Shown piece after piece: positions 30,754 to 41,698 of a stretch of DNA of 64,000 nt; the first letter of the stretch is position 1; every line of letters begins with the position of its first letter. The DNA lies in contig CAWVVV010000002.1 of NCBI GenBank assembly GCA_963933835.1, forward strand, positions 256,001 to 320,000, written 5' to 3'. This DNA comes from an uncultured Puniceicoccaceae bacterium. Its GTDB lineage: Bacteria; Verrucomicrobiota; Verrucomicrobiia; Opitutales; Oceanipulchritudinaceae. Position numbers and translations under genes: made by a program. The notes beneath the pieces were generated by a model. That model had not been told where the DNA came from. It saw nothing but the letters and a program-made list of their open reading frames with translations, and did not search any database.

Positions 30754-32568
30754 TTAGAAGCTCCAGAGCATCGGAATTAGAATCACTGCCCCGGCCATGT
30801 AGATGAGGTTCAGTGGAATTCCGACTTTGAGAAAGTCTTTAAATCGATAGCCCCCTACGCCGTAGACGTAAGTGTTTGTCTGGTAGCCGATAGGAGTGCT
30901 GAAGCTCGCCGAACTGGCCATACAAGTGGCGATGACAAAGGGCCTTGGATCGACCCCCAGTGTTGTTCCAAGGGCGATCGCGATCGGCGTCATGAGGACA
31001 ACCGTTGCGTTGTTTGAGAGTAGCTCGGTGAGGGCATTCGTCACGGCATAGAGCGCGATCAACAGCACATACGGCTGCCACTCGGGCGAAATGCCAACGT
31101 TTGTCAGCCCGACGAGGCCCTCTGTGACGAGGCCGCTCGCACCCGATCGATCCATCGCCATGCCGAGTCCGAGCATACTGTAGATCAAAATCAGCAGGCT
31201 CCAGTCGACGGCGGCATACGCCTCCTTCGGCTTCAAAGTATTCGTTACGAAAAGGACGACGACACCGAGAATTGCAGCGGCAGAGATGGGAAGGAATCCG
31301 AACGATACGGAACCAATGATGCCGGCGAGAACACCGAGCACGATCGGCTGCTTCGAACGCATGTTTTGCGCCGGAGTGTGGGCATGGTCGAGGAGCAGGA
31401 TGTCGCCCCCTCGTCTAATCTGCTCTTTCGCCTCGTCGGTCCCCATCATCAGAATGGTGTCACCAAATTCGAGGGGCAGCGTATCGATCTTGTCGCGCAT
31501 GTTAATCCCTCTGCGGTGGATCGCGATCAGGATCATACGGAAGCGCTGGCGAAAGTTCAGTTCTTTGATCGTTTTGCCCACGACACTGGAGCGCGGGCCG
31601 ATGACGCCCTCAACAATCGATCCTTCGTGGGCAGCAATCGTTTGTAGCCCCGTCTCTTCACCCAAGAGATGAAGGCCTTCAACGGAGGAGGCCTCGACAA
31701 AACCGGATGGACGGCACGAGAGAATGAGGCGGTCGCCCGCTTGAAAGATGATCGTGCGGATGTCGTCTTTGACTGCAACTTCGTGGCGGACGAGCTCAAG
31801 GATGCGCACCCCTCTTTGTTTTTTAAGCCCGCTTTCAGCAATCGTTTTTCCGATCAGTTGAGAGCCGGAACGGATGTAAGCTTCTGTGATGTATTCGCGG
31901 CGCTCTTCTTCTGAGAGGATCGCCGTCAGCGATTGGCGCCGAGGAATGATTTTAGTGCTCACAAAAGCCAAGTAAATAGCTCCGAGGATGAGCAGTGGGA
32001 ACCCAAGCTTAGTGAGCTCGAACATCGTCAAAGGCTCCTGCCCGTTCAGCCTAAGAATGTCGGAGGCGAGGATGTTCGTACTTGTCCCGACCAGCGTGCA
32101 GGCTCCCCCAAAAATCGAAGCATAGGAGAGGGGAATGAGCAGCTTCGACGCGGGCACGTCCATCTCTCTCGCCAAGTGGAGGATGACGGGGAGAAAAATG
32201 ACAACGACAGGCGTATTGTTAATGAAGGCCGAAAGCCCACCCACGACAAAGACCATTGCGAGGACGACAACCCCGGTTCCCAGCTTGGACAGCTTGACCA
32301 TACTGTTGGCAATGATCTCGATCCCGCCGGTTTTCTCTAGGGCAGCACTGATGATAAACATGGCCGCGATCGTCAGCGGCGCCGTCGAAGAGAAGACATT
32401 GAACAATTCGGCCGTCTTCGGGAGGTTATCCGAAATCGGGAGTGAGCCCGCTAGAAGGATGACCCCAAAGGCAGTCAACGCCGTCACATCCGTCGGTACG
32501 CGTTCCCAGACGAAACTGCCTACAGTGGCGATAAGGGTGAATAAAACAAAAATTATCTCCCAAGTCAT
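30754..32568 (-). CDS. SLC13/DASS-family permease with two TrkA-C domains
   Basis: SAFINNTPVV, LVGTSTN, LSNNAT, TPIGYQTN, GGYRFKDFLKVG. Confidence 0.93.
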   Translation of the reverse strand: MTWEIIFVLFTLIATVGSFVWERVPTDVTALTAFGVILLAGSLPISDNLPKTAELFNVFSSTAPLTIAAMFIISAALEKTGGIEIIANSMVKLSKLGTGVVVLAMVFVVGGLSAFINNTPVVVIFLPVILHLAREMDVPASKLLIPLSYASIFGGACTLVGTSTNILASDILRLNGQEPLTMFELTKLGFPLLILGAIYLAFVSTKIIPRRQSLTAILSEEERREYITEAYIRSGSQLIGKTIAESGLKKQRGVRILELVRHEVAVKDDIRTIIFQAGDRLILSCRPSGFVEASSVEGLHLLGEETGLQTIAAHEGSIVEGVIGPRSSVVGKTIKELNFRQRFRMILIAIHRRGINMRDKIDTLPLEFGDTILMMGTDEAKEQIRRGGDILLLDHAHTPAQNMRSKQPIVLGVLAGIIGSVSFGFLPISAAAILGVVVLFVTNTLKPKEAYAAVDWSLLILIYSMLGLGMAMDRSGASGLVTEGLVGLTNVGISPEWQPYVLLIALYAVTNALTELLSNNATVVLMTPIAIALGTTLGVDPRPFVIATCMASSASFSTPIGYQTNTYVYGVGGYRFKDFLKVGIPLNLIYMAGAVILIPMLWSF

Positions 32569-32721
32569 TGGATCAAATTGAATTCTGAGAGTGCGACGCT
32601 AAGGGCGGGAGACACAAGGAGATTTCCTCCACCAAGTAGCTTGTTCGATATTTATTCTCCTTGGTCGAGCCCATCGCGTCGTGCAAAAGTAAGTCCAGAG
32701 GCGTATGAAAGTGATTCGACC

Positions 32722-33558
32722 ATGGTTATGAGATGCGTATTTGCAGTGCTTTTGGCGCTTAGCGGGGTGTCAGCGTATCCGCAGACCTGGCTCGCGGGTA
32801 GCGGCGATGGATCATGGCGATGGATATATTTCGGTCGCCGACCTGCGTAGTCCGGCGGAACGCCCTGTTACCTTGCGAGCTACGCCCGAGACTTCAGAGG
32901 GGCTCCGTGAGGGTGCGGTCATTCGCCTGCAACTGGGGCAGTATGAGGGAGAATGGTGGCTAGACAGTTGGTGGCCAGTGTCCTCTGCCGCAGCGGCTCG
33001 GCTCGTTGATGAGCGATGGTGGTTACCCTTGGAAGAGGAAGGCGACGCTTTCCCCGCTTCGGGCATCCTAGGGCTAGATGATCGGGGCGCTTTGGTGAAT
33101 TTAGGCGATGAGGCCTTCCGCCTTGGCGTGTTTATCGTGCCCTACGGTCGCTCTTCTAATGCCGAGGCGGTTCCACAGGCGATTGAGTTGATGAGCCGCT
33201 TCGCTGAGCGCCTATCGACGACGCCACATCGCGATTTGCCCGTCGTTTTTTGGTCACTTGAGCCTGACCGCGATAAGATCTCCGAGGTTGAAGAGTGGAA
33301 ATCGCTCATGGGGGCCAGAACGGGGGATTTTATTTGGGTTACGAGCCTTCACGAAATGCATGAAAGTTGGATTGAGCAGCTTTCGGTGGTTTCTTTTGAG
33401 GTAGAAGGGCAACCGTTGCAGACAAATCCTATGGTCGTCGCTTTTGCAGACCAAAAAATGAAATCATGCGTTATGAGGGGCATTCGTGGCCCCTTGAATC
33501 ACTCGTTCTGAAGCTCGACGTCGGCCTCTTAATATCTCCAAGGAGTGCAGATGAATAG
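32722..33558 (+). CDS. Exported SCO-like (thioredoxin-fold) protein with N-terminal OB-like domain; frameshifts at about 32796 and 33455
   Basis: Signal peptide MRCVFAVLLALSGVSA; LDDRGALV, WSLEPDRD; adding one A in the A6 run gives EIMRYEGHSWPLESLV. Confidence 0.55.
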
Positions 33559-33615
33559 AGTGGGTGCGGAAAAAGCTCGTTATGGGTGGTCGGATTTGTA
33601 GCTTTTTATTCCTTT

Positions 33616-34140
33616 ATGATCGAACGCAAAACCGCATACGACCGCGACGAGTTGATCCTCTGTGGCAAAGGGAAACTATTTGAGCCGGGCCACGCCCGAC
33701 TGCCTTTGCCCAACATGTTGATGTTTGATCGGGTCGCCGAAATCGATGCGAAGGGTGGCAACCATTCAAAGGGCCTCGTTGTTGCCGAGCTAGATGTGCA
33801 ACCTGACCTCTGGTTTTTCGGATGCCACTTTGAGGGCGATCCTGTGATGCCGGGATGCCTCGGCCTCGACGCGCTTTGGCAGCTAGTGGGCTTTTATATT
33901 ACCTGGTCTGGTCATCTCGGCAACGGGCGGGCCCTTGGTGTCGGCGAAGTGAAGTTTATTGGGCAAGTGCTTCCGGAGGTGAAGAAGGTGACCTACGAGA
34001 TTCACATCAAACGCCTCCTTACTGGACGCCTGAAAATGGCGGTGGCAGATGGCCGAGTGCTTGCAGACGGTCAGGAAATTTACACCGCGAGTTCGCTCCG
34101 TGTGGGCCTTTTTTCAGACACCAATTCGGCCTCCTCTTAG
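33616..34140 (+). CDS. fabA: 3-hydroxyacyl-ACP dehydratase/isomerase FabA
   Basis: [39 protein letters not shown] (FabA-type Asp), GRALG. Confidence 0.96.
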   Translation: MIERKTAYDRDELILCGKGKLFEPGHARLPLPNMLMFDRVAEIDAKGGNHSKGLVVAELDVQPDLWFFGCHFEGDPVMPGCLGLDALWQLVGFYITWSGHLGNGRALGVGEVKFIGQVLPEVKKVTYEIHIKRLLTGRLKMAVADGRVLADGQEIYTASSLRVGLFSDTNSASS

Positions 34141-34253
34141 TAACTGTGATTTTTCCGGATCGAACTTGCACGGCCACGATGGCCTCTTCTCTATTATCGA
34201 CCCTATTGAGATACGAGTTGCGATCCCAACGATAGAACCTTAGATAATATACT

Positions 34254-35471
34254 ATGCAACGACGAGTCGTCATTACTGGAGCTGGAATTATTTCGCCGAT
34301 TGGCAATGATCTTGAGAGTGTTCTCAAGTCGCTGCGCGAGAGTATTTCGGGAATCGAATTCAGTGATCTCTACAAGGACGGTGGGATGCGGAGTCACGCT
34401 AGTGGCACGGTCAAAGACCGCACATCTCTCCTAGCTTCAATCGATCGCAAGCTCTCCCGCTTTATGGGCGACGCCGCCGCGTATGCCTACCTTGCGATGC
34501 GACAGGCGATCGAACATGCCGGATTGAGCAAAGAGCATGTCAGCCATCCGCGAACAGGTGTTATCGCCGGTAGTGGAGGAGGCTCACCTTTTGCTCAGGT
34601 TGAGGGCGTTGATGTATTACGGGGAAAAGGCATTCGCCGTTGTGGCGCATTTCGGGTCCCGCGTGTGATGTCGAGCACGGTCTCTGCAAACCTCGCGACA
34701 GCTTTTGGTATCCAAGGCGTAAATTACTCGATTACGAGTGCCTGTGCGACGAGTGCCCACTCAGTGGGAGCCGGCCTCGAGCAGATCGCTTGGGGTAAGC
34801 AAGACATCGTCTTTGCTGGTGGGGGCGAAGAGGAGTCTGTCGAACTGGCGGCCTTTTTTGATTCCATGGGAGCGCTGACGACGGGTCATAACGACACGCC
34901 TACAACTGCCAGCCGGCCCTACGACATAACACGTGACGGTTTCGTAGCCGCAGGTGGCGGAGCGATGATCGTGCTTGAAGAATATGAGCACGCTGTTGCT
35001 CGTGGAGCCACCATCCTCGCTGAGGTTGTTGGCTACGGCGCGACCAGTGATGGTGCAGACATGGTCGCACCGAATGGTGAAGGCGCGCGCCGCTGCATGG
35101 AGCAAGCGATCGCGACCGTGGATACGCCGATTGACTACATCAATACTCATGGCACGAGCACACCGGTCGGCGACGTCGTCGAACTCGGCGCCTTGCGTGC
35201 AACTTTTGGGGACAACATTCCGCCGATCAGTTCAACCAAAGCACTGACGGGTCACAGCCTCGGTGCAACCGGAGCCCAAGAGATCATCTACAGCATGCTC
35301 ATGCTCAACAATGGTTTCATTTCACCCAGCGTTCACATCACCGAGCTCGATCCGCAGGCCGAAGGCTTCCCGATCGTGCGCGAATACCGTGAGGCATCGC
35401 TGCGCACGGTGATGTCCAACAGCTTCGGGTTTGGCGGCACGAATGCATCGGTCGTTCTCAGGTCCATCTAA
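34254..35471 (+). CDS. fabB: Beta-ketoacyl-ACP synthase I
   Basis: [45 protein letters not shown]. Confidence 0.95.
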   Translation: MQRRVVITGAGIISPIGNDLESVLKSLRESISGIEFSDLYKDGGMRSHASGTVKDRTSLLASIDRKLSRFMGDAAAYAYLAMRQAIEHAGLSKEHVSHPRTGVIAGSGGGSPFAQVEGVDVLRGKGIRRCGAFRVPRVMSSTVSANLATAFGIQGVNYSITSACATSAHSVGAGLEQIAWGKQDIVFAGGGEEESVELAAFFDSMGALTTGHNDTPTTASRPYDITRDGFVAAGGGAMIVLEEYEHAVARGATILAEVVGYGATSDGADMVAPNGEGARRCMEQAIATVDTPIDYINTHGTSTPVGDVVELGALRATFGDNIPPISSTKALTGHSLGATGAQEIIYSMLMLNNGFISPSVHITELDPQAEGFPIVREYREASLRTVMSNSFGFGGTNASVVLRSI

Positions 35472-35812
35472 TGGAACCAAGAGTCAGCAGCGAGCGGGGG
35501 AATTACGCACTGTCGTTATTTGCTCTGGTCGATCGAAGTAAAGTTGACGACGCTAATCAGCAATTGCCGGAGCTCGCAGAGCAACTTCAGGCCTATCTGG
35601 GCGGAAACATGGGCATCGAAATTTTGGATAGTCGGATCGAGCAACTTGGCGGAGACACCTACCTTGTGCTCAACGGCGTTGCGGGACCTTCCATTCCCGC
35701 TCTCTTCGCTTTGTGCGATGTGCAAAAGACCCAGCTTTTCCGTTATGAACGCGATGATTCAGATTCTGCTACTTTGACGCCGCTCGCGGTCGATCCTTCT
35801 GGGGGTAATTAG
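35471..35812 (+). CDS. Hypothetical protein translationally coupled to fabB
   Basis: 113 aa; TAATG stop/start overlap. Confidence 0.6.
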   Translation: MEPRVSSERGNYALSLFALVDRSKVDDANQQLPELAEQLQAYLGGNMGIEILDSRIEQLGGDTYLVLNGVAGPSIPALFALCDVQKTQLFRYERDDSDSATLTPLAVDPSGGN

Positions 35813-35893
35813 CCTCAATTGCATGAAGCAACGTAGAGTTTTCGAAAACAGCTTGACGGAGCTTTTTACAGGGGCATATTCCGCGTCTCTTTT

Positions 35894-35967
35894 AGGCCTA
35901 TGGTGTAATGGTAGCACAGAGGTTTTTGGTATCTTTAGTTGGGGTTCGAATCCCTGTAGGCCTGCCA
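35894..35967 (+). tRNA. tRNA-Gln(TTG)
   Basis: Acceptor AGGCCTA/TAGGCCT, D-arm, anticodon loop TT-TTG-GT, TTCGAAT T-loop, encoded CCA; TTGACG-N16-CATATT upstream. Confidence 0.97.
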
Positions 35968-35986
35968 TTTTTTGAAGTTTTGAAAG

Positions 35987-36018
35987 TAAGGCTGCTCCGA
36001 AAAGAGCGGCTTTATCTT
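35987..36018 (+). terminator. Probable terminator after tRNA-Gln
   Basis: AAGGCTGCTC-cgaaaa-GAGCGGCTTT followed by T-rich tail. Confidence 0.55.
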
Positions 36019-36108
36019 TCTATCCTTAGTGGGTAAGCGCTTTTCGCCGCTTGACAGCCGAAAGACTGCCCGCTGTTTTCCTCCATTCAATTTTAAATAT
36101 TACCCGCT

Positions 36109-36249
36109 ATGATGCCAACCTATCGTCCCTCTAAGCTAAAGCGTGCGCGCAAATTTGGCTTTCGTGCCCGCCGTGCTACCAAAAGTGGCCGCAAGGTTCT
36201 CCAAGCTCGCCGCGCTCGCGGACGCAGCCGCCTCTCGGCGTCTGTCTAG
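36109..36249 (+). CDS. rpmH: 50S ribosomal protein L34 (not in ORF track)
   Basis: [46 protein letters not shown]. Confidence 0.97.
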   Translation: MMPTYRPSKLKRARKFGFRARRATKSGRKVLQARRARGRSRLSASV

Positions 36250-36272
36250 TCTGGTTGGCTGGCGTATCTGCC

Positions 36273-36662
36273 ATGCGCTTTAGGCGCGAACAGCATATTA
36301 GACGCACCACTGAATTCTCAGTCGTGCGCACTCAGGGAAAGCGTCGAGATTGCGGCGCTTTTTTTGTGCACCTACTCCGAACAGAGCAGAAAGAGGGCTT
36401 AGGGCTGAGGAGAGTTGGCGTTGTTGCGTCTAAGCGCGTGGGCAACGCAGTAGAGAGAAACCGGGCAAAACGGCTACTACGGGAGGCCTTCCGCCACGAA
36501 ATCGAAGAGCTGCCCGCGGGTTGTGATCTCGTTTTGACTGCTCGCCGCTCGATTCTTAACTTTGATCTCGAAACCTGCCGCCGCCGCTTAGTCACAGCGG
36601 TGAAGCAACTGGGCAAACAAAACCACTTGTCTGAAGAGACGCATAAGGAGCGAGAGCAGTGA
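36273..36662 (+). CDS. rnpA: Ribonuclease P protein component
   Basis: [23 protein letters not shown]; synteny. Confidence 0.95.
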   Translation: MRFRREQHIRRTTEFSVVRTQGKRRDCGAFFVHLLRTEQKEGLGLRRVGVVASKRVGNAVERNRAKRLLREAFRHEIEELPAGCDLVLTARRSILNFDLETCRRRLVTAVKQLGKQNHLSEETHKEREQ

Positions 36663-36991
36663 AAGAGGGCGCCCCTTCGCGGAAGCGGCGACCACTGCAT
36701 CTTTGGCCTGCGTTCGTCCTACTAGGATTCTACCGTTGGATTATCTCTCCGGTCATTCATGCCTTTGCTCCCGGTATGGGCTGTCGATATCAGCCTAGCT
36801 GCTCAGCTTATGCGGGCGAGGCACTTGATCGCTTTGGACTCTTGCGTGGCAGCTGGTTGGCGCTTCGTAGACTCTCTGATTGTCATCCTTTTGGGCACGC
36901 TGGTCCCGACCCAGTGCCGAAGACTTGGCCAGGCTGGTGGGCCCGTCGCCGTCACTATTTTGGCAAAACTGGCACAGAGAATGAAATCTAG
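36659..36991 (+). CDS. yidD: Membrane protein insertion efficiency factor
   Basis: [22 protein letters not shown]...DPVP. Confidence 0.93.
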   Translation: MKEGAPSRKRRPLHLWPAFVLLGFYRWIISPVIHAFAPGMGCRYQPSCSAYAGEALDRFGLLRGSWLALRRLSDCHPFGHAGPDPVPKTWPGWWARRRHYFGKTGTENEI

Positions 36992-37050
36992 GCCCGTTCT
37001 GGTTGCCAAGTTGCCCCAGAACCCTCCTGATCCTCCGTTTTAAATTTTTC

Positions 37051-38931
37051 ATGGATAAGAAGAACACACTTTTAGGCACGATTTTCCTCATTGCTGCCCT
37101 TGGTTTGATGTATTGGAACTCCAAGCAGATGGCAGAGGCCCAGCGCCGGGCCGCGGAGGAGGCTGCTGCTAACCCACCTGTCATCGAGGCTCCTGCCGAA
37201 GATAGCGCTGCGCCATTTTTCGGCTCTCCAGCGACGATCGTCAGTGATGTTCCTGGGATGTTACAAGAGGTTGTCCCGCCGCCAGCTCCAACGTCGGACG
37301 AGGTCACAACCGTCATTGGCAACTCGTATTTCGAGGCGACACTCACATCGCTTGGCGGCGCAATCAAGACCGTTGCCCTCATCGCGCGCGATGAGGATGG
37401 CGAGTTTGTCTACCCGATCGAGCTGGATTCGGAAGAGCCCGTTGTGCTGCATGCCCTCGCAGAGACACTGCCCTTTAGCCTTTCGCAGTTGAGCGGAAAT
37501 GACTTCCGTCCGCTTGCGCTTGATTTTGCTCTGATTGAGTCATCGTACGATCGCGTTGTATTTGAAACCTCACTACCGCAGGGCTTGGTCATTCGCCGAA
37601 CTTATGAGTTGGTCGAAGGCGAAGATGGGACCCCGGCAGACTATACAATCCGCCACACACTCACGGTCTTGAATCCAGGCACAACCGACTTTGATCTGTC
37701 GGAATTGTATTTGAATATTGGGACGGCCGCGCCGACCAATGCCGACCCTTACGGTATGGACCTGAACGCCTCGGTCAATGTCGATGGCAAGTATAAGAAC
37801 ATCGCCGCGAGTAAGTTTAAGAGCAGCTTCTTTTCCAGCGCCAAAAAGCGTGTCGAGCGCACTGGATCGATCAAATGGGCGGCGGTTAAGAATCAATTTT
37901 TCACCTCCATCGTTACACCAGAGACACCGGGTAACAGCCTCCTCTCGCTTCCGGTGAAGTATCCGACCCCACTCAAATCGCGGAAGCCGTCGATTGGGAT
38001 CACCTCGTTTATTGAGTTCGATTTTGATCTCGTGATGGCAGGCACCTCACAGAGCTTGGTAATGGATTACTACTCGGGGCCAAAAGACTTTAACCGTCTC
38101 AAGCAGATGGGTGCCAAGCAGGAAGACGTCATGCACTTCGGCTGGTTCATGGGCATGTTCCTCGGGATTATTGCCTTTGTCGGGAAGGCTCTCTTTAGCC
38201 TCCTCAGCTTTATCCACGGCCTGATTGGCAACTGGGGTTTCGGGATCATTTTAATGACCTTGGTTGTCCGCCTCTTGCTTTGGCCTTTGACCGCCAAGGC
38301 GGCGCGCTCTTCGAAGCGGATGCAAGAGCTGCAAAAGCCAATGGCCGCGCTCAAAGAGAAGTTTAAAGACAGCCCTCAGAAGCAGCAGCAGGCGACCCTT
38401 GAGCTTTTCAAGAAGCATAAGATCAATCCACTTTCAGGCTGCTGGCCGCTCCTGCTGCAATTCCCGATCTTCATCGCGATGTTTAATCTTTTGCGGAATA
38501 CGTCGGACCTTCGCTTCGCTGAGTTTCTTTGGATTACGGACCTTTCGATGCCGGATGCGTCGATCCCGCTGGGAGACTTTGCCCTCGGTCCGATTAAGGG
38601 TGCGATCAATGTTCTTCCGTTTATCTGGCTCGTTAGCATGTGGTTCCAGATGAAGATGATGCCGCAGCCGTCGGTTGATAATGCGCAGGTAAAGATCATC
38701 AAATACATGCCTTTCATCTTTTTCCCGATGACCTATTTCTTCTCGAGCGGCCTCGTTCTCTACTGGACGACGACAAATGGCTTCTCGATTTTCCAAGCCT
38801 GGATGACGAAGCGGAGTAAGGATTCCGAAGATATTGCGATCGAAGCGGAGATCCTCGAGAGTGAGGAGAAGAAGACCGTCTTGAAGACAGGTCCGATTCC
38901 GTCGAAGAAAAAGAAACGCAAGAACCCCTAG
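37051..38931 (+). CDS. yidC: Membrane protein insertase YidC
   Basis: GNWGFGII, VRLLLWPL, INPLSGCWP, WITDLS, GLVLYW. Confidence 0.96.
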   Translation: MDKKNTLLGTIFLIAALGLMYWNSKQMAEAQRRAAEEAAANPPVIEAPAEDSAAPFFGSPATIVSDVPGMLQEVVPPPAPTSDEVTTVIGNSYFEATLTSLGGAIKTVALIARDEDGEFVYPIELDSEEPVVLHALAETLPFSLSQLSGNDFRPLALDFALIESSYDRVVFETSLPQGLVIRRTYELVEGEDGTPADYTIRHTLTVLNPGTTDFDLSELYLNIGTAAPTNADPYGMDLNASVNVDGKYKNIAASKFKSSFFSSAKKRVERTGSIKWAAVKNQFFTSIVTPETPGNSLLSLPVKYPTPLKSRKPSIGITSFIEFDFDLVMAGTSQSLVMDYYSGPKDFNRLKQMGAKQEDVMHFGWFMGMFLGIIAFVGKALFSLLSFIHGLIGNWGFGIILMTLVVRLLLWPLTAKAARSSKRMQELQKPMAALKEKFKDSPQKQQQATLELFKKHKINPLSGCWPLLLQFPIFIAMFNLLRNTSDLRFAEFLWITDLSMPDASIPLGDFALGPIKGAINVLPFIWLVSMWFQMKMMPQPSVDNAQVKIIKYMPFIFFPMTYFFSSGLVLYWTTTNGFSIFQAWMTKRSKDSEDIAIEAEILESEEKKTVLKTGPIPSKKKKRKNP

Positions 38932-38973
38932 TAAGCGAACGGCGCTTACGACCAATCTCCCACCCACCGAACC

Positions 38974-39726
38974 ATGTCTGGACACAGTAAATGGGCAACG
39001 ACCAAGCGCCACAAGGCAGTCGTCGATGCCAAACGCGGCAAAATCTTCAGCACCCTTTCCAAGGACCTTACCTTAACGGCCCGTAATGGCGGAGGTGACC
39101 CAGAGTTCAATCCGCGCCTGCGCACGACGATCGTCAAAGCCAAGGCGGCAAACATGCCTGCGGACAATATCGACCGCGCGATCAAGAAAGGCACGGGCGA
39201 GCTTCCCGGAGTTGAATACAGCGAGTTGCTCTACGAAGGTTATGGTCCCGGCGGCATTGGTATCATCGTCGAAGTGACGACGGACAATAAGAACCGCGCC
39301 GCCAGTGACGTGCGTTCTACTTTCACCAAAAACGGCGGTAATCTCGCGACCCCCGGTGCGCTTCAGGCGTTTTTCAACCATCAGGGCCAGTTCCTCATCG
39401 CGGCCGATAAAACGAACGAAGAGCAGCTCATGGAAGTTGCCCTCGAAGCCGGTGCGGAAGATATCATCGATAACGGCGACCACTTTGAGGTGCGCTCGCC
39501 GATGGGTGAATACGACAACGTCGCAACCGCGCTGGAGGCTGCCGGCATCGAATCAGGGAGCAGCGAGCTTGCCTACATCCCGAGTTCGTTGAACGCGATT
39601 ACGGATAAAGACATGGTGGCTAAAGTCCTTCGCCTGACCGAAGCTCTCGACGATCTCGACGATGTGCAGAATGTCTTCGATAACAGTGAGATCGCGCCAG
39701 CGCTGCTCGAAGATAGCGACGCTTAG
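38974..39726 (+). CDS. yebC: YebC/PmpR family protein
   Basis: MSGHSKWATTKRHK, YEGYGPGG, TDNKNR, DLDDVQNV. Confidence 0.96.
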   Translation: MSGHSKWATTKRHKAVVDAKRGKIFSTLSKDLTLTARNGGGDPEFNPRLRTTIVKAKAANMPADNIDRAIKKGTGELPGVEYSELLYEGYGPGGIGIIVEVTTDNKNRAASDVRSTFTKNGGNLATPGALQAFFNHQGQFLIAADKTNEEQLMEVALEAGAEDIIDNGDHFEVRSPMGEYDNVATALEAAGIESGSSELAYIPSSLNAITDKDMVAKVLRLTEALDDLDDVQNVFDNSEIAPALLEDSDA

Positions 39727-39751
39727 TAGACAGCCGCCCTCTGGGTGCTAT

Positions 39752-40689
39752 TCAGCGATAGCTGGCAGTGGCTCGGGTAGATCCAAAGACGTAACTCAGT
39801 ACACCTGGGTTCACGACGATTTCGGATACCTGGGTCGTGTTACTTAGAGTAGCATCAACCGACGTGGTGACTAAAAACGGCATTGGGATTTCGTCGACAT
39901 AACGGTAGTCGCCGTATTCGACGGTGACTGAATTTGGACCCTCTGCTTCGGCGCTCTTGAAGGAAATGTCTCTTTGCGTGCATAGAAAATGCCCTGCGTT
40001 GATCGTCATCTTGTCGACGTAGCGCCCGCTTCGGCGCTCGATCACATAGGGGGCATCGCTGTCATCGCTGCCTGCAGGTAAAAGGGCTAATGCTCCCTCG
40101 CGCCAAAGCGAATCACTGAAGGGCTTCAAGGTCATGAGATCGATTTCGATCAGGATCCGATCGAGACCATCGAGCCGACTGTATTGGGTTGCTCCGTGGG
40201 TGATCTCAATCCGCCGCCAGATGTCATCCCCATTGGAGCCAGCCGTCATGGTGTAGCCTTTTGTTTCATACAAATAGCGGATGTGATCTGGAGTCCTAAA
40301 AATTACGGTCGAGTTGATTCGATCGGTCTTGTCGTCTCGGTGAATAGTGACTTTCCCGGCACGCCGTAAGGTCTGGATGTCCGTGAGTCTTTGCACGCCT
40401 CCGTGCGCTTTGAGTGCACGCCTTATGACTCTTCTTGCAGGTCTAGGCGTTCACCGTTGTTGGGTGTATCAAAGAGTTGATTCTCTGGCCGTGTTGAATA
40501 CGCGAGAATCTCTGCCTCAGTGAGTACTTCTTTGGCAACAAAGCCGGTCTCTCCTGGGCCTTGAAGAACCTTCACGATGATGAAAAACCCACCCACTAGC
40601 ATAACCATACCACAAAGGATACTTCCGAGTTGGTAGAGTAGGGCGTGATTTCTTAAGTGATTGTGGAATTCCTCTTTAGATGCCATCAC
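39752..40689 (-). CDS. Membrane-anchored LolA-like / lipoprotein-sorting-type protein, frameshifted at about 40429
   Basis: 88-aa and 214-aa ORFs join as LQE-VIRRALKAHGGVQRLTDIQT; C-terminal YGDYRYVDEIPMPF...VNPGV. Confidence 0.65.
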
Positions 40690-40833
40690 CCACTACAGGT
40701 ATCCAGTTTCTCGGACTCGGCAAGGCCTTGCTTTGGCGCGCTTTTTGATCGCTGAAAGGCTCCCTCATCGACTGGCTGTGGAATTCGAGCAAATGCGGGG
40801 GGTTGACGCGTTCGCTATACTCTTACTGTGCGA

Positions 40834-41698
40834 ATGAAATATATAAACAAAGCAGCTTTGATATTGGGGCTCTGGGTTGCGTCGGGAGCCGGTCTTGATG
40901 CGGCCGTCCTAAAGGTCGCGGTTTCGTTACCGCCACAGGCCGAAATCGTTCGGGCTGTCGGTGGAGAGCGTGTCGAGGTGACTGTTGTGCTGCCGGCAGG
41001 GGTAGGGCATGAGTCCTATTCGCCGCGGCTTAGAATGCTGCGCCGAGTGGCGATGGTTGATCTCTACTGGGCGACGGGGGGTGGGTTTCGAACGGATCTG
41101 GCTTCCTAAGCTTTCTGCCTCCAATCCAGCCTTAGAAATCTTTGAGTGGACGGCTGTGGCCTGTGAGCATACGCACCATGATCATGCCGAGCATGAGGAC
41201 CTCCATCGCTGGCTAGATATCGCAGCGGTTGAAGAGGCAGGAGTACTTTTAGCCGAGCAAATGACGCGTCTTGATCCGGCCGGAGCTGCCCTCTATGCGA
41301 AAAATTCTCGGGCCTTTTCGGCTCTTTGTGCTGAGCTCAAGGCTGAGTTAAAAGACCTCTTTGAGCCCCACCAAGGGCGTCGCTTTTATGTCTACCATGG
41401 CGCTTTTGGCTATTTTGCGGAGGCCTTTGGTTTGGAGCAAGTGGCCCTTGAGAGCGAAGGCCGTGAGCCCTCCCTTCGTGGCCTGAGCAATCTCATTACG
41501 ACGGCGCGTGCCGACGGCGCTCGCTTCGTTTATATACAGCCACAAATACAGGCTCCATCGGCCCAGCGACTTGCTGAGGCGATCGGGGCTGAACTCATTG
41601 TTTTGGATCCTTTAGCGGAGCAATGGGCGTCCAATCTCCGTTCGATCGCTCAAACCATGGCGGATGGATTCGCCGCTGCCCCGAAATCGAAAGAATGA
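40834..41698 (+). CDS. znuA: Zn/Mn ABC transporter substrate-binding protein (extra G in G6 run 41076-41081)
   Basis: Signal peptide, HESYSP, His-rich loop HTHHDHAEHEDLHRWL, YHGAFGYFA, LDPLA. Confidence 0.88.

Noticed and set aside
35894..36060. Genomic island integrated at tRNA-Gln
   Set aside because: No integrase and no duplicated tRNA 3' end seen; core genes follow directly
35813..36108. oriC upstream of rpmH
   Set aside because: No dnaA and no cluster of TTATCCACA boxes; the space holds tRNA-Gln and a terminator
41076..41081. Phase variation or programmed frameshift in znuA
   Set aside because: G6 is short and similar indels are scattered through the window; sequencing error is simpler
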